A stretch of 64,000 nt of DNA from a virus: positions 64,001 through 128,000 of the IMG/VR virus record IMGVR_UViG_3300031414_000009, one strand, 5' to 3'. A program made the position numbers and the translations under genes. A model generated the notes under the pieces. That model had not been told where the DNA came from. It made no database searches and saw only the letters and a program-made list of their open reading frames with translations. The stretch's first letter is position 1; every line of letters begins with the position of its first letter. Positions 17,571-27,226 of this stretch are shown in pieces.

Positions 17571-18398
17571 ATGAACGCCATTGATAAGGCACTGCAAGAA
17601 ATCAGAGCGACCATTCCGCTTCCGATTCTACAGCGCGCCTTTATTAACACAATCGAACACTACCAGATGTTAAACGTTTCCCTGGACAGTGTTATTCGTG
17701 ATCAGGTCATTTCTCAGCGTGTCTGGGCTGACTGTAGCCTGCAAGGTGCGCAGCAAGTACTGATCCCATTCCGTGAATTGAAACCCATGCAACCGGATGC
17801 GTATTCCTTTATCTATCGCATTCCTAAGAGCATGACTAACGGTCGTAGCATAATGTCTGTGTTGGATGTAGTTTATTACGTAGCACAGGGATTAGTTGCC
17901 TACGGTGGTTCCTACAGTATGGTTAACTCGCTTAACTCTAACTGTGAGAACTCACCTATCCTTCAGGCAGGTAAGGCACTGCGCGACGTCGATGGTAACA
18001 TTGCACAGATCTCTACAGCTAATGCCCAGGTTATTGGTGAGAACGTTATCTTTATCAACGATAACTCCGGGCTAGTAGTTGCAGGTGGTGCGCACGTTAA
18101 ACTGGCCCACGACGATCAATTCTCTAACATCAAACCAGAGCTGTATGGTGCATTTGCTAAGCTCTGTGTGTTGGCCACCAAAGCCTGGATCTTTAACAAC
18201 ATGGAGATCATCATCGATCGAAATGAAGTCTGGTCCGGTATGGCGGTTGGCAAGTTCAAAGAGATCATCGATCGCTATTCCAGTGCGGAAGAGATGTACC
18301 AGGAGTACAAAGACACTACGTGGCGTAAGGCTCAAGTGTCTGCTGACTACGTGACATCCAACCGCATTATACGCGGGCTGTTCGGTTTCGCTCGGTAA
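17571..18398 (+). CDS. Conserved phiKZ-like protein, probably virion structural
   Basis: GGAGG RBS; 275 aa; divergent from phuZ; N-terminus MNAIDKAL..I...IP..IL recalled from phiKZ-like core genes. Confidence 0.6.
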   Translation: MNAIDKALQEIRATIPLPILQRAFINTIEHYQMLNVSLDSVIRDQVISQRVWADCSLQGAQQVLIPFRELKPMQPDAYSFIYRIPKSMTNGRSIMSVLDVVYYVAQGLVAYGGSYSMVNSLNSNCENSPILQAGKALRDVDGNIAQISTANAQVIGENVIFINDNSGLVVAGGAHVKLAHDDQFSNIKPELYGAFAKLCVLATKAWIFNNMEIIIDRNEVWSGMAVGKFKEIIDRYSSAEEMYQEYKDTTWRKAQVSADYVTSNRIIRGLFGFAR

Positions 18399-18876
18399 AG
18401 TACGCTACCGCCAGGCGTCCGGCAAACTCACTGGTATATTCAGTGCCAGGCACAATCAGTTGATGTGCAATGTGCATGTAATACAAGTGGTCCGGTTGCC
18501 TGATACGGTACAACGCCGTGCACGTAGCTGGACCAGGAATAGGGTACGTAGTGACCACCGCTACCAGATTATCATCCAGGTAGAGATAATGCGTAAACGG
18601 ATCGGAATCGTCTAGCATCAGTTCACCAGCGTCAAGTAACGCATGGGGTTCCTCAACTCGACTATCAACCCACTTACGCAACAGCTCGTAGTAGCTTCCC
18701 GTTGAACGGTCCTGACTACGATCCATTTTAACGAAGGTATAGTTCTTAGCTTCGTCTACTAACAGTGCCACTAAATTACCAACCTCGTAGTCGAGACTAA
18801 AGGTAACTTTACCGTCTTCGGTTTCCATGACACTGAGGTTTTCATCCACTTCAGGTTCAACAGCTTTAGTTTCCAT
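18367..18876 (-). CDS. Hypothetical protein
   Basis: 169 aa acidic ORF, convergent 3' overlap with 17571-18398. Confidence 0.65.
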   Translation of the reverse strand: METKAVEPEVDENLSVMETEDGKVTFSLDYEVGNLVALLVDEAKNYTFVKMDRSQDRSTGSYYELLRKWVDSRVEEPHALLDAGELMLDDSDPFTHYLYLDDNLVAVVTTYPIPGPATCTALYRIRQPDHLYYMHIAHQLIVPGTEYTSEFAGRLAVAYFTERNRTARV

Positions 18877-18885
18877 AATCTCACC

Positions 18886-18938
18886 AAAAAAAAAAATAGT
18901 CTTAGGCTAGCCTCCCTTGTGGGAGGCTAGTTTATGCC
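18886..18938. terminator. Terminator cassette (A-run, hairpin, TTTATGCC)
   Basis: CTAGCCTCCC-TTGT-GGGAGGCTAG. Confidence 0.8.
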
Positions 18939-18950
18939 CGCAGATGCGGA

Positions 18951-19310
18951 TTAATGAAAGCAGCGTTTAATCATGGTCTGAATATCGAATAACTCGATAG
19001 ACTCACCAATGACTTTACCGACTACAGTTTTACCCAGCTTAACTTCGCCGTCCTTCATACGCATTTCACCAACGGCCCATACTTTAAATGGGATACGGTT
19101 AGCTTTTGCGTAATCAACAGCTGCTTCGATTACCGACTCTGGGAGCAGGCGATCAGATGGATCTACCATTGGGTATGCCCGCATCAGTACTAACTCACCG
19201 TTCTGCTGAACGAGTGCGGTCACTGTATTGATGCTCAGTTCACTGCTCAAAACGATCTCTGCATTGAAATCGTTGTCTGCGTTCAGGATGATAGTATTTG
19301 ATGCGTTCAT
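18951..19310 (-). CDS. Hypothetical protein (family with 21942-22391)
   Basis: Start moved to MNASNT after AAGGA. Confidence 0.65.
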   Translation of the reverse strand: MNASNTIILNADNDFNAEIVLSSELSINTVTALVQQNGELVLMRAYPMVDPSDRLLPESVIEAAVDYAKANRIPFKVWAVGEMRMKDGEVKLGKTVVGKVIGESIELFDIQTMIKRCFH

Positions 19311-19323
19311 AGTGGTGTTCCTT

Positions 19324-19902
19324 TTATACGTATAAGACGATCTTTTCAGCAAGCTCTCGATTGCCTGCATAGATCACAACATGGCGATCGGTGGTATAGT
19401 CGTTATCGATATACCCGATCTGTTCGTTTTCGTTAGTATCAACTACAATAAGCCGATACTTAACAAAAGGACAACCGATGACGGTAATGCCATCGATCTT
19501 CTTCAGCAGCTCTACCAACATCGTGACTTGGTTATGTGCCCCGTTACCTGTGATGTATGTTCTACGGATCATCGCGCAGATAGAACTGTTTCCGTTCCTC
19601 AGATGCTTGACAGCGACGTTCTTGTCATAGTGGCCGACTTCGCTAAAATGCACTCCGTCCTCTGCATCAGTGTCGTGCGTCTCGATGACATAATAGCCAT
19701 CTGGTCCGGGGGTGAGCTTCTTCAACTCCTCCGGGTCACACTTACCACAGACGATGTGACCAACCACTTCGCTCACATTAAGGAGACTAGCGTTGCGCGG
19801 GTTAGCGTACACGACGATGTTTAAGTCCGTACATGACTTAATCCAGTCACGCAGTGTATTAGCACCGGGGACTTTAGAACGCATCTGAAATTCAGGGTAC
19901 AT
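19324..19902 (-). CDS. Hypothetical protein
   Basis: 192 aa ORF, AAGGA RBS. Confidence 0.7.
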   Translation of the reverse strand: MYPEFQMRSKVPGANTLRDWIKSCTDLNIVVYANPRNASLLNVSEVVGHIVCGKCDPEELKKLTPGPDGYYVIETHDTDAEDGVHFSEVGHYDKNVAVKHLRNGNSSICAMIRRTYITGNGAHNQVTMLVELLKKIDGITVIGCPFVKYRLIVVDTNENEQIGYIDNDYTTDRHVVIYAGNRELAEKIVLYV

Positions 19903-19968
19903 GTGGTGATCCTTTTCATAATAAGAGTTTAGGCTGTATTTAAATACAGCCTAGTTTAAGTAAAACGT

Positions 19969-20181
19969 TTAGAGCTTACGGAACAGGCTATCGATTGCGA
20001 CACCTGCCGCTGCACCAACTGCGGTGCAAGCAACCATAACGCCCAGGGTTTCAAACTGGCTAGCTGGTTCATCGCCTTCCTTCTTAGGGGACACGATGAC
20101 CGTTGTAGCAGCAGCAGCACCCAGTCCCATTGACACACCCACCAGGATGGTCGAGACGTTTTTCAGATCGAAGTCAATCAT
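19969..20181 (-). CDS. Small two-helix membrane protein
   Basis: Two Gly/Ala-rich hydrophobic segments around a charged loop; AGGAGGAG RBS. Confidence 0.75.
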   Translation of the reverse strand: MIDFDLKNVSTILVGVSMGLGAAAATTVIVSPKKEGDEPASQFETLGVMVACTAVGAAAGVAIDSLFRKL

Positions 20182-20195
20182 AGTTAACTCCTCCT

Positions 20196-20372
20196 TTATT
20201 CGGTCACTGAGCGAATGACTTTCTCAACAACCACACTTACGACAACGCCGGAAGTAATCACAGCTGCCCGGCGAAGCAGCTCATGTTCCTCGCCGACATA
20301 TTTGCGGGATTCGCGATCTACGACATAACTCGTGAGACCACCCGCTACAGCACATGCGATGCGAGCCATCAT
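20196..20372 (-). CDS. Small two-helix protein, 58 aa, below the ORF-track cutoff
   Basis: Read manually: GAGG RBS, MMARIACAVAGGLTSYVVDRESRKYVGEEHELLRRAAVITSGVVVSVVVEKVIRSVTE*; fills the gap between its neighbours. Confidence 0.7.
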   Translation of the reverse strand: MMARIACAVAGGLTSYVVDRESRKYVGEEHELLRRAAVITSGVVVSVVVEKVIRSVTE

Positions 20373-20430
20373 AAAAACAACCTCTCTTTCAGTTTAGGAT
20401 GGGGACACTATGGTCCCCGACTTGCAGTAC

Positions 20431-20622
20431 TTACTGCTGCGCTTCACGCACAACATCAGCTGCTGCATCACCGGCTGCATCAACAGCAGCCGCCACGCTC
20501 TCGGTCAGGCTCTCTGCGTCACCATTAGCACGTTTCCATGCCCAATAGCCAACGCCAGCAATAGCAGCGACACCAACAACAACACAAGTAGCGATAGTTA
20601 CGTTTTTAGCGGTAGAAGACAT
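20431..20622 (-). CDS. Small single-TM protein with Ala/acidic tail
   Basis: VTIATCVVVGVAAIAGVGYWAW then an acidic Ala-rich tail. Confidence 0.75.
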   Translation of the reverse strand: MSSTAKNVTIATCVVVGVAAIAGVGYWAWKRANGDAESLTESVAAAVDAAGDAAADVVREAQQ

Positions 20623-20703
20623 AATTTGACACCTTATAAAAATGAATGGAGTAAGGGCATAAAACCCAGGGAAGTGGAGAACTAACTCTCCACATTCACA
20701 AGG

Positions 20704-20733
20704 GTCTTATATATCTGAAAATTTATTGAAACG
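20704..20733 (-). promoter_or_regulatory. Extended early promoter, copy 1 of a 27-bp repeat
   Basis: TTATATATCTGAAAATTTATTGAAACG (20707-20733) is identical to 49707-49733. Confidence 0.8.
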
Positions 20734-20738
20734 TCGGT

Positions 20739-21200
20739 TTAGTTAATAAACCGTGCAGCACGCAGGTAGTTGAAGATGGCATCGCCCCAGGCGCGGGTAA
20801 ATGTCATACTCATCTGACCATGCTCCATAGAACCAGTACGCGCTTCCCACACCGGCAGCCATACACCACCGTCGCGAGTAGGTAACGCGAAATAGTTCAT
20901 TGTGAAGTTACAAGCACCCGGCAGGTACCAATCGTAGGCACCGTTCATGGCAGTGTTCAGACGTGCGATCGTATCCAGATGGATGGCGACCATATGCTGA
21001 TTGCAGTCTTCGGTGGTATAAACACGAAGCAGGTGATCAGGGGCAGGTTGATACTCAACAGCAAAGCCAGGTACTGCGTGAAGGGCATTGATGAAATCAA
21101 CGATAACCGGTGGCAGCGAACGACCGTTCTGATAAAGGAAATCCATGGTGCGCTGACGAACGGCGTTGATCTGAGCATATTCCGGGTAACGAGTTTGCAT
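20739..21200 (-). CDS. Hypothetical protein
   Basis: 153 aa ORF, AAGGA RBS. Confidence 0.7.
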   Translation of the reverse strand: MQTRYPEYAQINAVRQRTMDFLYQNGRSLPPVIVDFINALHAVPGFAVEYQPAPDHLLRVYTTEDCNQHMVAIHLDTIARLNTAMNGAYDWYLPGACNFTMNYFALPTRDGGVWLPVWEARTGSMEHGQMSMTFTRAWGDAIFNYLRAARFIN

Positions 21201-21212
21201 AGCTATTCCTTA

Positions 21213-21929
21213 TTAGTAGCGTGAAAGCCAACTAAAGAAGTTGGGTGACACGACGCGACCTTCTGCATCGAGGTAGTAGATCTCATCTGTTGTGTCGACA
21301 GAGAGATCGTATTCCACCAGAACACTTTCAGCCAGACGGAAGTTTAAGTTCAGTCCGAACTGTGTGAAGGTTGCAACGGTCTTGGTATTGAAAGAGGCAT
21401 GATGAGGATAAAAGGTCTCATCAAGATTAGGAGCAAACAGACTGTAAACACCTGCGTCCAATACACGGACAGTAGGATGCTTTAAGTCAGCGAATGCACG
21501 CAACAGTTGCTTAGTGAGTTTGTCACCCAGCACACTATCGGCAAAGATACTGATGTAATTCTGATCAACACCAAGCCAGCCAGCTAACACGCCGACGGTA
21601 GGTTCGTTAATCTGAATGCTAACGCCAGCGTTTTGAATGCGTCGTTTACCGACTAACTCAAGACGATTGGCAACCAGGCTTTGGTTAGACTGAGCCAGCA
21701 CGCCATAGTGACCACTGATAGTGCCCGGCTTGAGAATGTAAGACTCTTCCCATGCCAGGAGTTCAGAGGGTCGACCAGGATGCGGGATCTGACTAACTGG
21801 TACGTGTGCATCGGCACGCGTCGAACTGGAGGTTTTATAGCCAAGGGTAAAACCCAAGGTAAAACCACCGCCCGGTGTCGAAACTACACTTGCTGATTTT
21901 ATTTCAGGTTCGAAGATTGAGAAAAGCAC
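21213..21929 (-). CDS. Hypothetical protein
   Basis: 238 aa ORF, GTG start after GAGG. Confidence 0.7.
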   Translation of the reverse strand: MLFSIFEPEIKSASVVSTPGGGFTLGFTLGYKTSSSTRADAHVPVSQIPHPGRPSELLAWEESYILKPGTISGHYGVLAQSNQSLVANRLELVGKRRIQNAGVSIQINEPTVGVLAGWLGVDQNYISIFADSVLGDKLTKQLLRAFADLKHPTVRVLDAGVYSLFAPNLDETFYPHHASFNTKTVATFTQFGLNLNFRLAESVLVEYDLSVDTTDEIYYLDAEGRVVSPNFFSWLSRY

Positions 21930-21941
21930 GTTAGTGTCCTC

Positions 21942-22391
21942 TTAACATGCCTCGCTATGGAGAAGTTCCAAACGAGCCACGCGATTGAGTGAGCGCTCAC
22001 TGTCCGACACTTTCACACCCCGACACGAGAGGTTAGTTAACCCCGTGGTGCTAAACGTGAATCGTCCGTCAGTGATCGAGCCTAAAGTCACGTTAGCGAT
22101 AGTTATGGAGCTGGCAACTTTATTCATCCAAAGTTGACCCATAACCCGAACTGTTCCCTTTGCTGCATTGGCAACAAGAAGGCGAGCACGATCTGCTACT
22201 TTACCGTAATCTTCCGGTATAACAGCATCACCGTTTTCCAGTGCGTATACGTGGACCACATCATTCGCGGTAAAAAGGACGACAATGTCTTTCAACTTGA
22301 TTTCTTTGTTCAGTCGCATGATCACTGCATTGTTTTCACGCATCTCTAAGAAATCCGATTTAGAGGTCTTAACCCAGCGATAAGTCTGCAT
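21942..22391 (-). CDS. Hypothetical protein (family with 18951-19310)
   Basis: 149 aa ORF, TAATG coupling. Confidence 0.7.
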   Translation of the reverse strand: MQTYRWVKTSKSDFLEMRENNAVIMRLNKEIKLKDIVVLFTANDVVHVYALENGDAVIPEDYGKVADRARLLVANAAKGTVRVMGQLWMNKVASSITIANVTLGSITDGRFTFSTTGLTNLSCRGVKVSDSERSLNRVARLELLHSEAC

Positions 22392-22765
22392 TAGAACCTC
22401 AGCGTTGTTTTACCAATGTCGATGCACACGGTTTTGGATTTCGGTGTTTCGCGATACATCACAAAACCTTCGATAGCCAGTGGGCTTTCCAAATCCCAGT
22501 TAATCTTGAGTGGTGTAGTCCACAGTACGTTACGTGCAACTTTCTTCAGGCGAGGGTAGAGTTTGTACAGCTCCGCCGTAGTGGTCTCTTTCGTTACCAG
22601 AGGATCATTTGCAATATCACGGATAATGCGAACAAACTGCGCATTGTCCAGATTGATGTCGTACGTGCTACGTCCACCTACGCCAAGGTTCTTATCTTGG
22701 ATCGGGAAAACTGACAGAGCGTATTCAGTAGCAAAGGTAGGGATTTTAGCGTGTGCAGTAATCAT
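22391..22765 (-). CDS. Hypothetical protein
   Basis: 124 aa ORF, AAGGA RBS. Confidence 0.7.
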   Translation of the reverse strand: MITAHAKIPTFATEYALSVFPIQDKNLGVGGRSTYDINLDNAQFVRIIRDIANDPLVTKETTTAELYKLYPRLKKVARNVLWTTPLKINWDLESPLAIEGFVMYRETPKSKTVCIDIGKTTLRF

Positions 22766-22785
22766 GTTCGTATTCCTTATGAGAG

Positions 22786-23001
22786 TTAGGTCTGGATGGT
22801 GAACTTGTCACCTGATAAAGTAACGGTAATGCGTTTAGGTGAAACCTCTACGCTATAGTTTTCATGCTTACATGCAACCAGGTCCTTACGGCACTGATAT
22901 AGCATAGTGTGCATAAATGATTTTAAACGTGGTTTAGCACTGGCGATCTTAGAACCGACAATGTAGTTATTGAAAGCTTTGACAATGTGATTAGGCAGCA
23001 T
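22786..23001 (-). CDS. Small basic hypothetical protein
   Basis: Probable start MLPNHI overlapping the previous stop. Confidence 0.55.
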   Translation of the reverse strand: MLPNHIVKAFNNYIVGSKIASAKPRLKSFMHTMLYQCRKDLVACKHENYSVEVSPKRITVTLSGDKFTIQT

Positions 23002-23557
23002 GCTCGCGGTCCGGGATAATTGCTTCCACGGTGTCGGCATCGATGCGGTTAATACGATAACGCGTTACGGTAGCCAGGCCACGGGTAGCAGGGGTAGCAA
23101 AGAACAAGGTGCGTGTACTAAGGAAGTAACCCTCGCAAACTCGCAGCGGGTTTTGACCTTTGACCAGTGGTTCGATCAGACGCACACTTACAACCGTATC
23201 AAGGTCAACGACCGCGCGATTAGGAACGCCAACGAAGTCCCAGAACATACGGTGGAGATAGGAGCCATTGCGCAGAGTTTCCAGCGAACGAGCGATCTCC
23301 ATCGTATAATGGTTCAAGCTAAGTTTTGCTAAACCGTTTGTGCTAACCTGGAATGAGATCTTTCGATTCATTATCAGCGGGCGAATTACCAGTGCTTCTT
23401 TTACGTCCCCAACGCTAACGTAATAGTTACCACCAGCCATATTGCAGACAATGGTTGCTTCACCTGAAGCGAGAATTACAATGCCCGGTCGGGGTACCAG
23501 CGTTTGTTTAACAAAGCGCATTACGCCTTTGTTCTGATCATAATACAGGGTAGCCAT
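22991..23557 (-). CDS. Hypothetical early protein
   Basis: GAGGAG RBS; first gene behind the promoter motif at 23593-23609. Confidence 0.7.
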   Translation of the reverse strand: MATLYYDQNKGVMRFVKQTLVPRPGIVILASGEATIVCNMAGGNYYVSVGDVKEALVIRPLIMNRKISFQVSTNGLAKLSLNHYTMEIARSLETLRNGSYLHRMFWDFVGVPNRAVVDLDTVVSVRLIEPLVKGQNPLRVCEGYFLSTRTLFFATPATRGLATVTRYRINRIDADTVEAIIPDREHAA

Positions 23558-23592
23558 TAATTCTCTCCTCTTATTGGGCTATCTACACGGAA

Positions 23593-23609
23593 ATAATATG
23601 TATTTGAAA
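23593..23609 (-). promoter_or_regulatory. Early promoter motif
   Basis: Minus strand TTTCAAATACATATTAT. Confidence 0.65.
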
Positions 23610-23634
23610 AATGAATGATGTCTAAGGAACCGCT

Positions 23635-24846
23635 ATGGCTGATACGTTAAAGGCGGTCTTTGATCGACAATGTCCTGATATTGTTGCTGATGCTAAGTTT
23701 GCACAGAAGATCATTGACTATGCAAAAGCCTTCGTTAATAAGAATCCTGACCATGTCCGGTTCTTTGGCGGAGCGCTCATTGGTGTTTACCCATTGCGTT
23801 GGGTGAACTCCGATCTCGATAAGTGGTACGATGTAATTCTGAATGGTGCCGATGAGATTGCCATTCGGAAAGAACTGCACGCTGTACCAGGCATTGATGC
23901 AAGTTGGGTACGTGGTGCTGACGAGACTAACCACTCGATGATCTATTGCTTGCACCTGCTTGAGCACGCAAACATTCCAGCCAAATTGAAACTGGAAGCA
24001 CAGATTGCAGCGATGGAGATTCTCCAGTACAAGTTCTTATCGAGCCTGATGTTCCACTACTTCCCACACCCCGCAGCATTATCTGTTGCTCAGGCGACGT
24101 ATAACGCTCTCTCGAAGAAGTTCGACCTGAAGGTGACTGGTAGTTGGGGTGCACTGATTAAAGAGCGTGCAATCGATATCATTGCGCCTAAGAGCATCCA
24201 CCGGAAAGCCTTCACCGACTTCACCGACTCCAAAGCAGTGGTTTACATTATCACTGACGTGCAGGGGCGTCTGCGCAGTATCGTTAAGAACATCACTGCC
24301 GTGTTCTATACGGTTAAAGATGCAGGTAAAGGTGTGCTGTCAGAATCAACGATGGTGGAAGGTGAGGATGGTATGTACCTCAAAGACAAAACCTCTGCTA
24401 TCCGTGACGGCATGAACTATCTGACCAGCATCGTTAACGACAAACGTGGATTCGTTCGTAAAGAGATTCTGCGTTTGGTTAACCGTAAGATGTCTACGTC
24501 GCGCGACTGGTTGGTGGAAGCATCGCTGAATCTGTTGTCCGATCGTTACGGTGATCCTAAGTATCCCGGTGTGCAGGAACTCTGCAAAGAGACACTGTTA
24601 CATGCCTTCGAAGTAATGACAAGTAAGAACATTCGCACTAACGATTATCCGCTTATTATGGATACGCTGAAGAAAAGCTACATGGCTTCTCGTGAGACAC
24701 ACCCTGGTGTGTTGAAGATGCGTAAGTTAGGCGATGAACTCGTACTTGCCGCGCTACCACCAGGGCGTAGCAACGTCGTTGCACCAGATCGTGGTGCCGT
24801 GTTGCTTTACATTGTGCTGCGTACTTTAACTAAGCACAATTTCTAA
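23635..24846 (+). CDS. Conserved phiKZ-like protein, probably virion-associated
   Basis: 403 aa, AAGGA RBS; FVNKNPDH..FFGG.L.G motif recalled from phiKZ-like core genes near the terminase. Confidence 0.65.
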   Translation: MADTLKAVFDRQCPDIVADAKFAQKIIDYAKAFVNKNPDHVRFFGGALIGVYPLRWVNSDLDKWYDVILNGADEIAIRKELHAVPGIDASWVRGADETNHSMIYCLHLLEHANIPAKLKLEAQIAAMEILQYKFLSSLMFHYFPHPAALSVAQATYNALSKKFDLKVTGSWGALIKERAIDIIAPKSIHRKAFTDFTDSKAVVYIITDVQGRLRSIVKNITAVFYTVKDAGKGVLSESTMVEGEDGMYLKDKTSAIRDGMNYLTSIVNDKRGFVRKEILRLVNRKMSTSRDWLVEASLNLLSDRYGDPKYPGVQELCKETLLHAFEVMTSKNIRTNDYPLIMDTLKKSYMASRETHPGVLKMRKLGDELVLAALPPGRSNVVAPDRGAVLLYIVLRTLTKHNF

Positions 24847-24847
24847 C

Positions 24848-24897
24848 AAAAAAGAAAAGGCTGAGGCAAGGGACCCAACGGTCCCTTGCCTTATGCC
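24848..24897. terminator. Bidirectional terminator cassette
   Basis: A-run, AGGCAAGGGACC-CAAC-GGTCCCTTGCCT, TATGCC; between convergent genes. Confidence 0.85.
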
Positions 24898-24898
24898 G

Positions 24899-25282
24899 TC
24901 ACATTCCGTTCAGTACACTGTACGGGAATGCTGCTATCCAATGGTGCCTGTCGTTTTCGTATATTGCGCGTACATAAAACTCACTTCGGATGCTGCGACG
25001 CCTGGCGTCAATGAAACCACTAAAGAACCTAGCATTTTCATTGAGTTTGGCAGTAGTCATAAACATGTCGGGTTTGGCTATACCAACCAAACCACCTTGG
25101 AACATGTAAAAGGTGTCACCTACTTCGGCTTTTAAATGTCGTAATCCAGCGGGCGTGAATTTCATCTCTTTATTCCCGCAGCCAAAGATCATACGTTTGC
25201 TTACTCGCGTTATGACGAAACGATCAACTACTCCTAGGATCTCGTTATTGGTTAAAGATCCCGTTGGCGTTTTCATATGCAC
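24899..25282 (-). CDS. Hypothetical protein
   Basis: 127 aa ORF. Confidence 0.6.
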   Translation of the reverse strand: MHMKTPTGSLTNNEILGVVDRFVITRVSKRMIFGCGNKEMKFTPAGLRHLKAEVGDTFYMFQGGLVGIAKPDMFMTTAKLNENARFFSGFIDARRRSIRSEFYVRAIYENDRHHWIAAFPYSVLNGM

Positions 25283-25748
25283 TCCAGACTTTTTCTCGTA
25301 AGAAGTCCACGGAGCGACCTGTTAATAATTCCGACTCGACTTCCGGATGTTTGTCATCATTGACCCACACCTCGGCAAAACGTTCGTCTTCTAACAGGAA
25401 CTCGACTGACCCCTCTCCAGTGTCAATGATCTCCATATCCCCACATGCAAGCAGATCGTATTCGATAAATGGCGGTGTGGTAATGCTCAGTAGTGTCAAT
25501 AGCTGATTATCCAACTCACCCACGTCGCCGTTTCCACGAAACGCTAGTAAGTCGTACAACACCGGTCCGCTGTAGTCTTCATGGTAATAACCAATCAGTA
25601 CCCAGAAAGCCTTAGGTGCTTCTTCGTCGGTTGGGGTGTATAACTCTCCTACAACTTCATTTTTGTAGTCAAGCCATTTACCGCCAATTCGTTTTAGTGC
25701 ACGGTCGGCCTTAGTGATCGCCTCCCAATTATCAAATAGTGTTTGCAT
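25245..25748 (-). CDS. Hypothetical early protein
   Basis: Start moved to MQTLFD after AAGGA, downstream of the promoter motif. Confidence 0.7.
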   Translation of the reverse strand: MQTLFDNWEAITKADRALKRIGGKWLDYKNEVVGELYTPTDEEAPKAFWVLIGYYHEDYSGPVLYDLLAFRGNGDVGELDNQLLTLLSITTPPFIEYDLLACGDMEIIDTGEGSVEFLLEDERFAEVWVNDDKHPEVESELLTGRSVDFLREKVWSAYENANGIFNQ

Positions 25749-25783
25749 GGATGATTCCTTAAATAGATGTCCTTCGCACCGGG

Positions 25784-25800
25784 GTAGTATATATCTGAAA
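25784..25800 (-). promoter_or_regulatory. Early promoter motif
   Basis: Minus strand TTTCAGATATATACTAC. Confidence 0.7.
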
Positions 25801-25849
25801 ATGCGATGGGGCATAGGAGACTCCCCCGAAGGAGAGTCTCCACAGTGGA

Positions 25850-26326
25850 CTACAGATAACGTTCAATCAGACCAGCGAGCTGCGCAGTGAATCCATCAAT
25901 ACCTTCAGACGGTCCAAAGCCTAACAGTTGCAGATTGGTTACTTTAGCTACGCCGTTAACGTGTGGGGCATCAAAGGTAGCCATTGGTGAATTACCGAGG
26001 GTCGCCATCCAGCGATCACCGGCACGGGTAATGCTAAAGCCTAACCCGTAACCACACAATTTCCACAGCCCCCCATTTTCACGAGTAGCCCGATCGGCAA
26101 TATACCCTACCAGACACTCAGGAATACCCAGTGACAGATTGGATACCGATACGCCATAGAAAACCATTCTCCCTGTTGGGTTCTGAATAACACAGATGCC
26201 TTGTTCCATAGGCACCGCAAAAGGTGACAAAGTCAAAATACGCTGGCGTTCCTCGCCATGGGCCAATGCAATCGCTGGACCCATAACTAGATCGCACTGA
26301 TCCAGGAATCTCCGATCGATGTTCAT
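25850..26326 (-). CDS. Hypothetical protein
   Basis: Start moved to MNIDRR after GGAGAG; terminator hairpin at about 25816-25841. Confidence 0.65.
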   Translation of the reverse strand: MNIDRRFLDQCDLVMGPAIALAHGEERQRILTLSPFAVPMEQGICVIQNPTGRMVFYGVSVSNLSLGIPECLVGYIADRATRENGGLWKLCGYGLGFSITRAGDRWMATLGNSPMATFDAPHVNGVAKVTNLQLLGFGPSEGIDGFTAQLAGLIERYL

Positions 26327-26342
26327 GTAAGTCTCTCCTACA

Positions 26343-26723
26343 TTACGTGTAACCTCCTCTGGTCGTTGTTTCCAGATACGCCACGTAATGGTCAAATACA
26401 TTTGTTAATTGATGCGCTGAGGGATACACCACTATGGTGCGTGCCCTTGCAGTTGGCGCTTTTGGATCTTGATAGAACATCACCCAGTCCTTATAGATTC
26501 CGGACGGTACATAGACCCGACCATTGTAATGCCAATACTGTTGCTGAAAACAACAGATCAGAATTGTTACTGGAAGGCTCTCACCAAGAAACCGAACGCT
26601 GTGTAAACGATATACTAGCTCCCCATGGAGGAGTACGGGTTTACGTCGTTTACGTAGGCTCGTTCGTATGATATCGAACACTATTTTTATTTTACGCAAA
26701 TAAAGCTTGAGTAGCTTCAGCAT
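26343..26723 (-). CDS. Hypothetical basic protein
   Basis: GGAGG RBS; N-terminus MLKLLKLY echoes MFKLLDYF of its neighbour. Confidence 0.65.
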   Translation of the reverse strand: MLKLLKLYLRKIKIVFDIIRTSLRKRRKPVLLHGELVYRLHSVRFLGESLPVTILICCFQQQYWHYNGRVYVPSGIYKDWVMFYQDPKAPTARARTIVVYPSAHQLTNVFDHYVAYLETTTRGGYT

Positions 26724-26752
26724 GCTTCGTCCCTCCTAAAGAGGACAGCATA

Positions 26753-27130
26753 CTATTTCTCTAAAGCGAGGATGCGTTCTACTGCTCGAGCTTTGTTAAT
26801 TGCGAGGATAAAGTCACGCATGTTAGCCATGATGTCCGTACCCAAATAAACCTTGCTGTGAAGCGTTGTGCCGTCTTTTGGTTTCAAGGCATCCATATGG
26901 CCAGACATTCGGTGTTCCTGTCCCTCAACGCACCACACGCGCACTGCGGGTACCCGTTTGCGCTGGCTACGACATTTAACCAATACGGTGCCCGGTAATG
27001 CCATAACAATCACTGACATGCGCAGTTCTGAAAGCGTAGCTGTATCAAGGCGATGCGGTACAGCACCGTGCTCGACCTCGAAAGTGTTTGCTGTGAATTG
27101 CGTCTTGAAATAGTCAAGTAGCTTAAACAT
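26753..27130 (-). CDS. Hypothetical protein
   Basis: Start moved to MFKLLD after GGAG. Confidence 0.65.
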   Translation of the reverse strand: MFKLLDYFKTQFTANTFEVEHGAVPHRLDTATLSELRMSVIVMALPGTVLVKCRSQRKRVPAVRVWCVEGQEHRMSGHMDALKPKDGTTLHSKVYLGTDIMANMRDFILAINKARAVERILALEK

Positions 27131-27226
27131 GGAAATCTCCAGGGCTGGTATTTTTGTACCAGCCCGCATTGATTTATGAATCAAACAAATAGTCCGGGGT
27201 TTTATGCCTGTGGAGGGCACGTCCTG

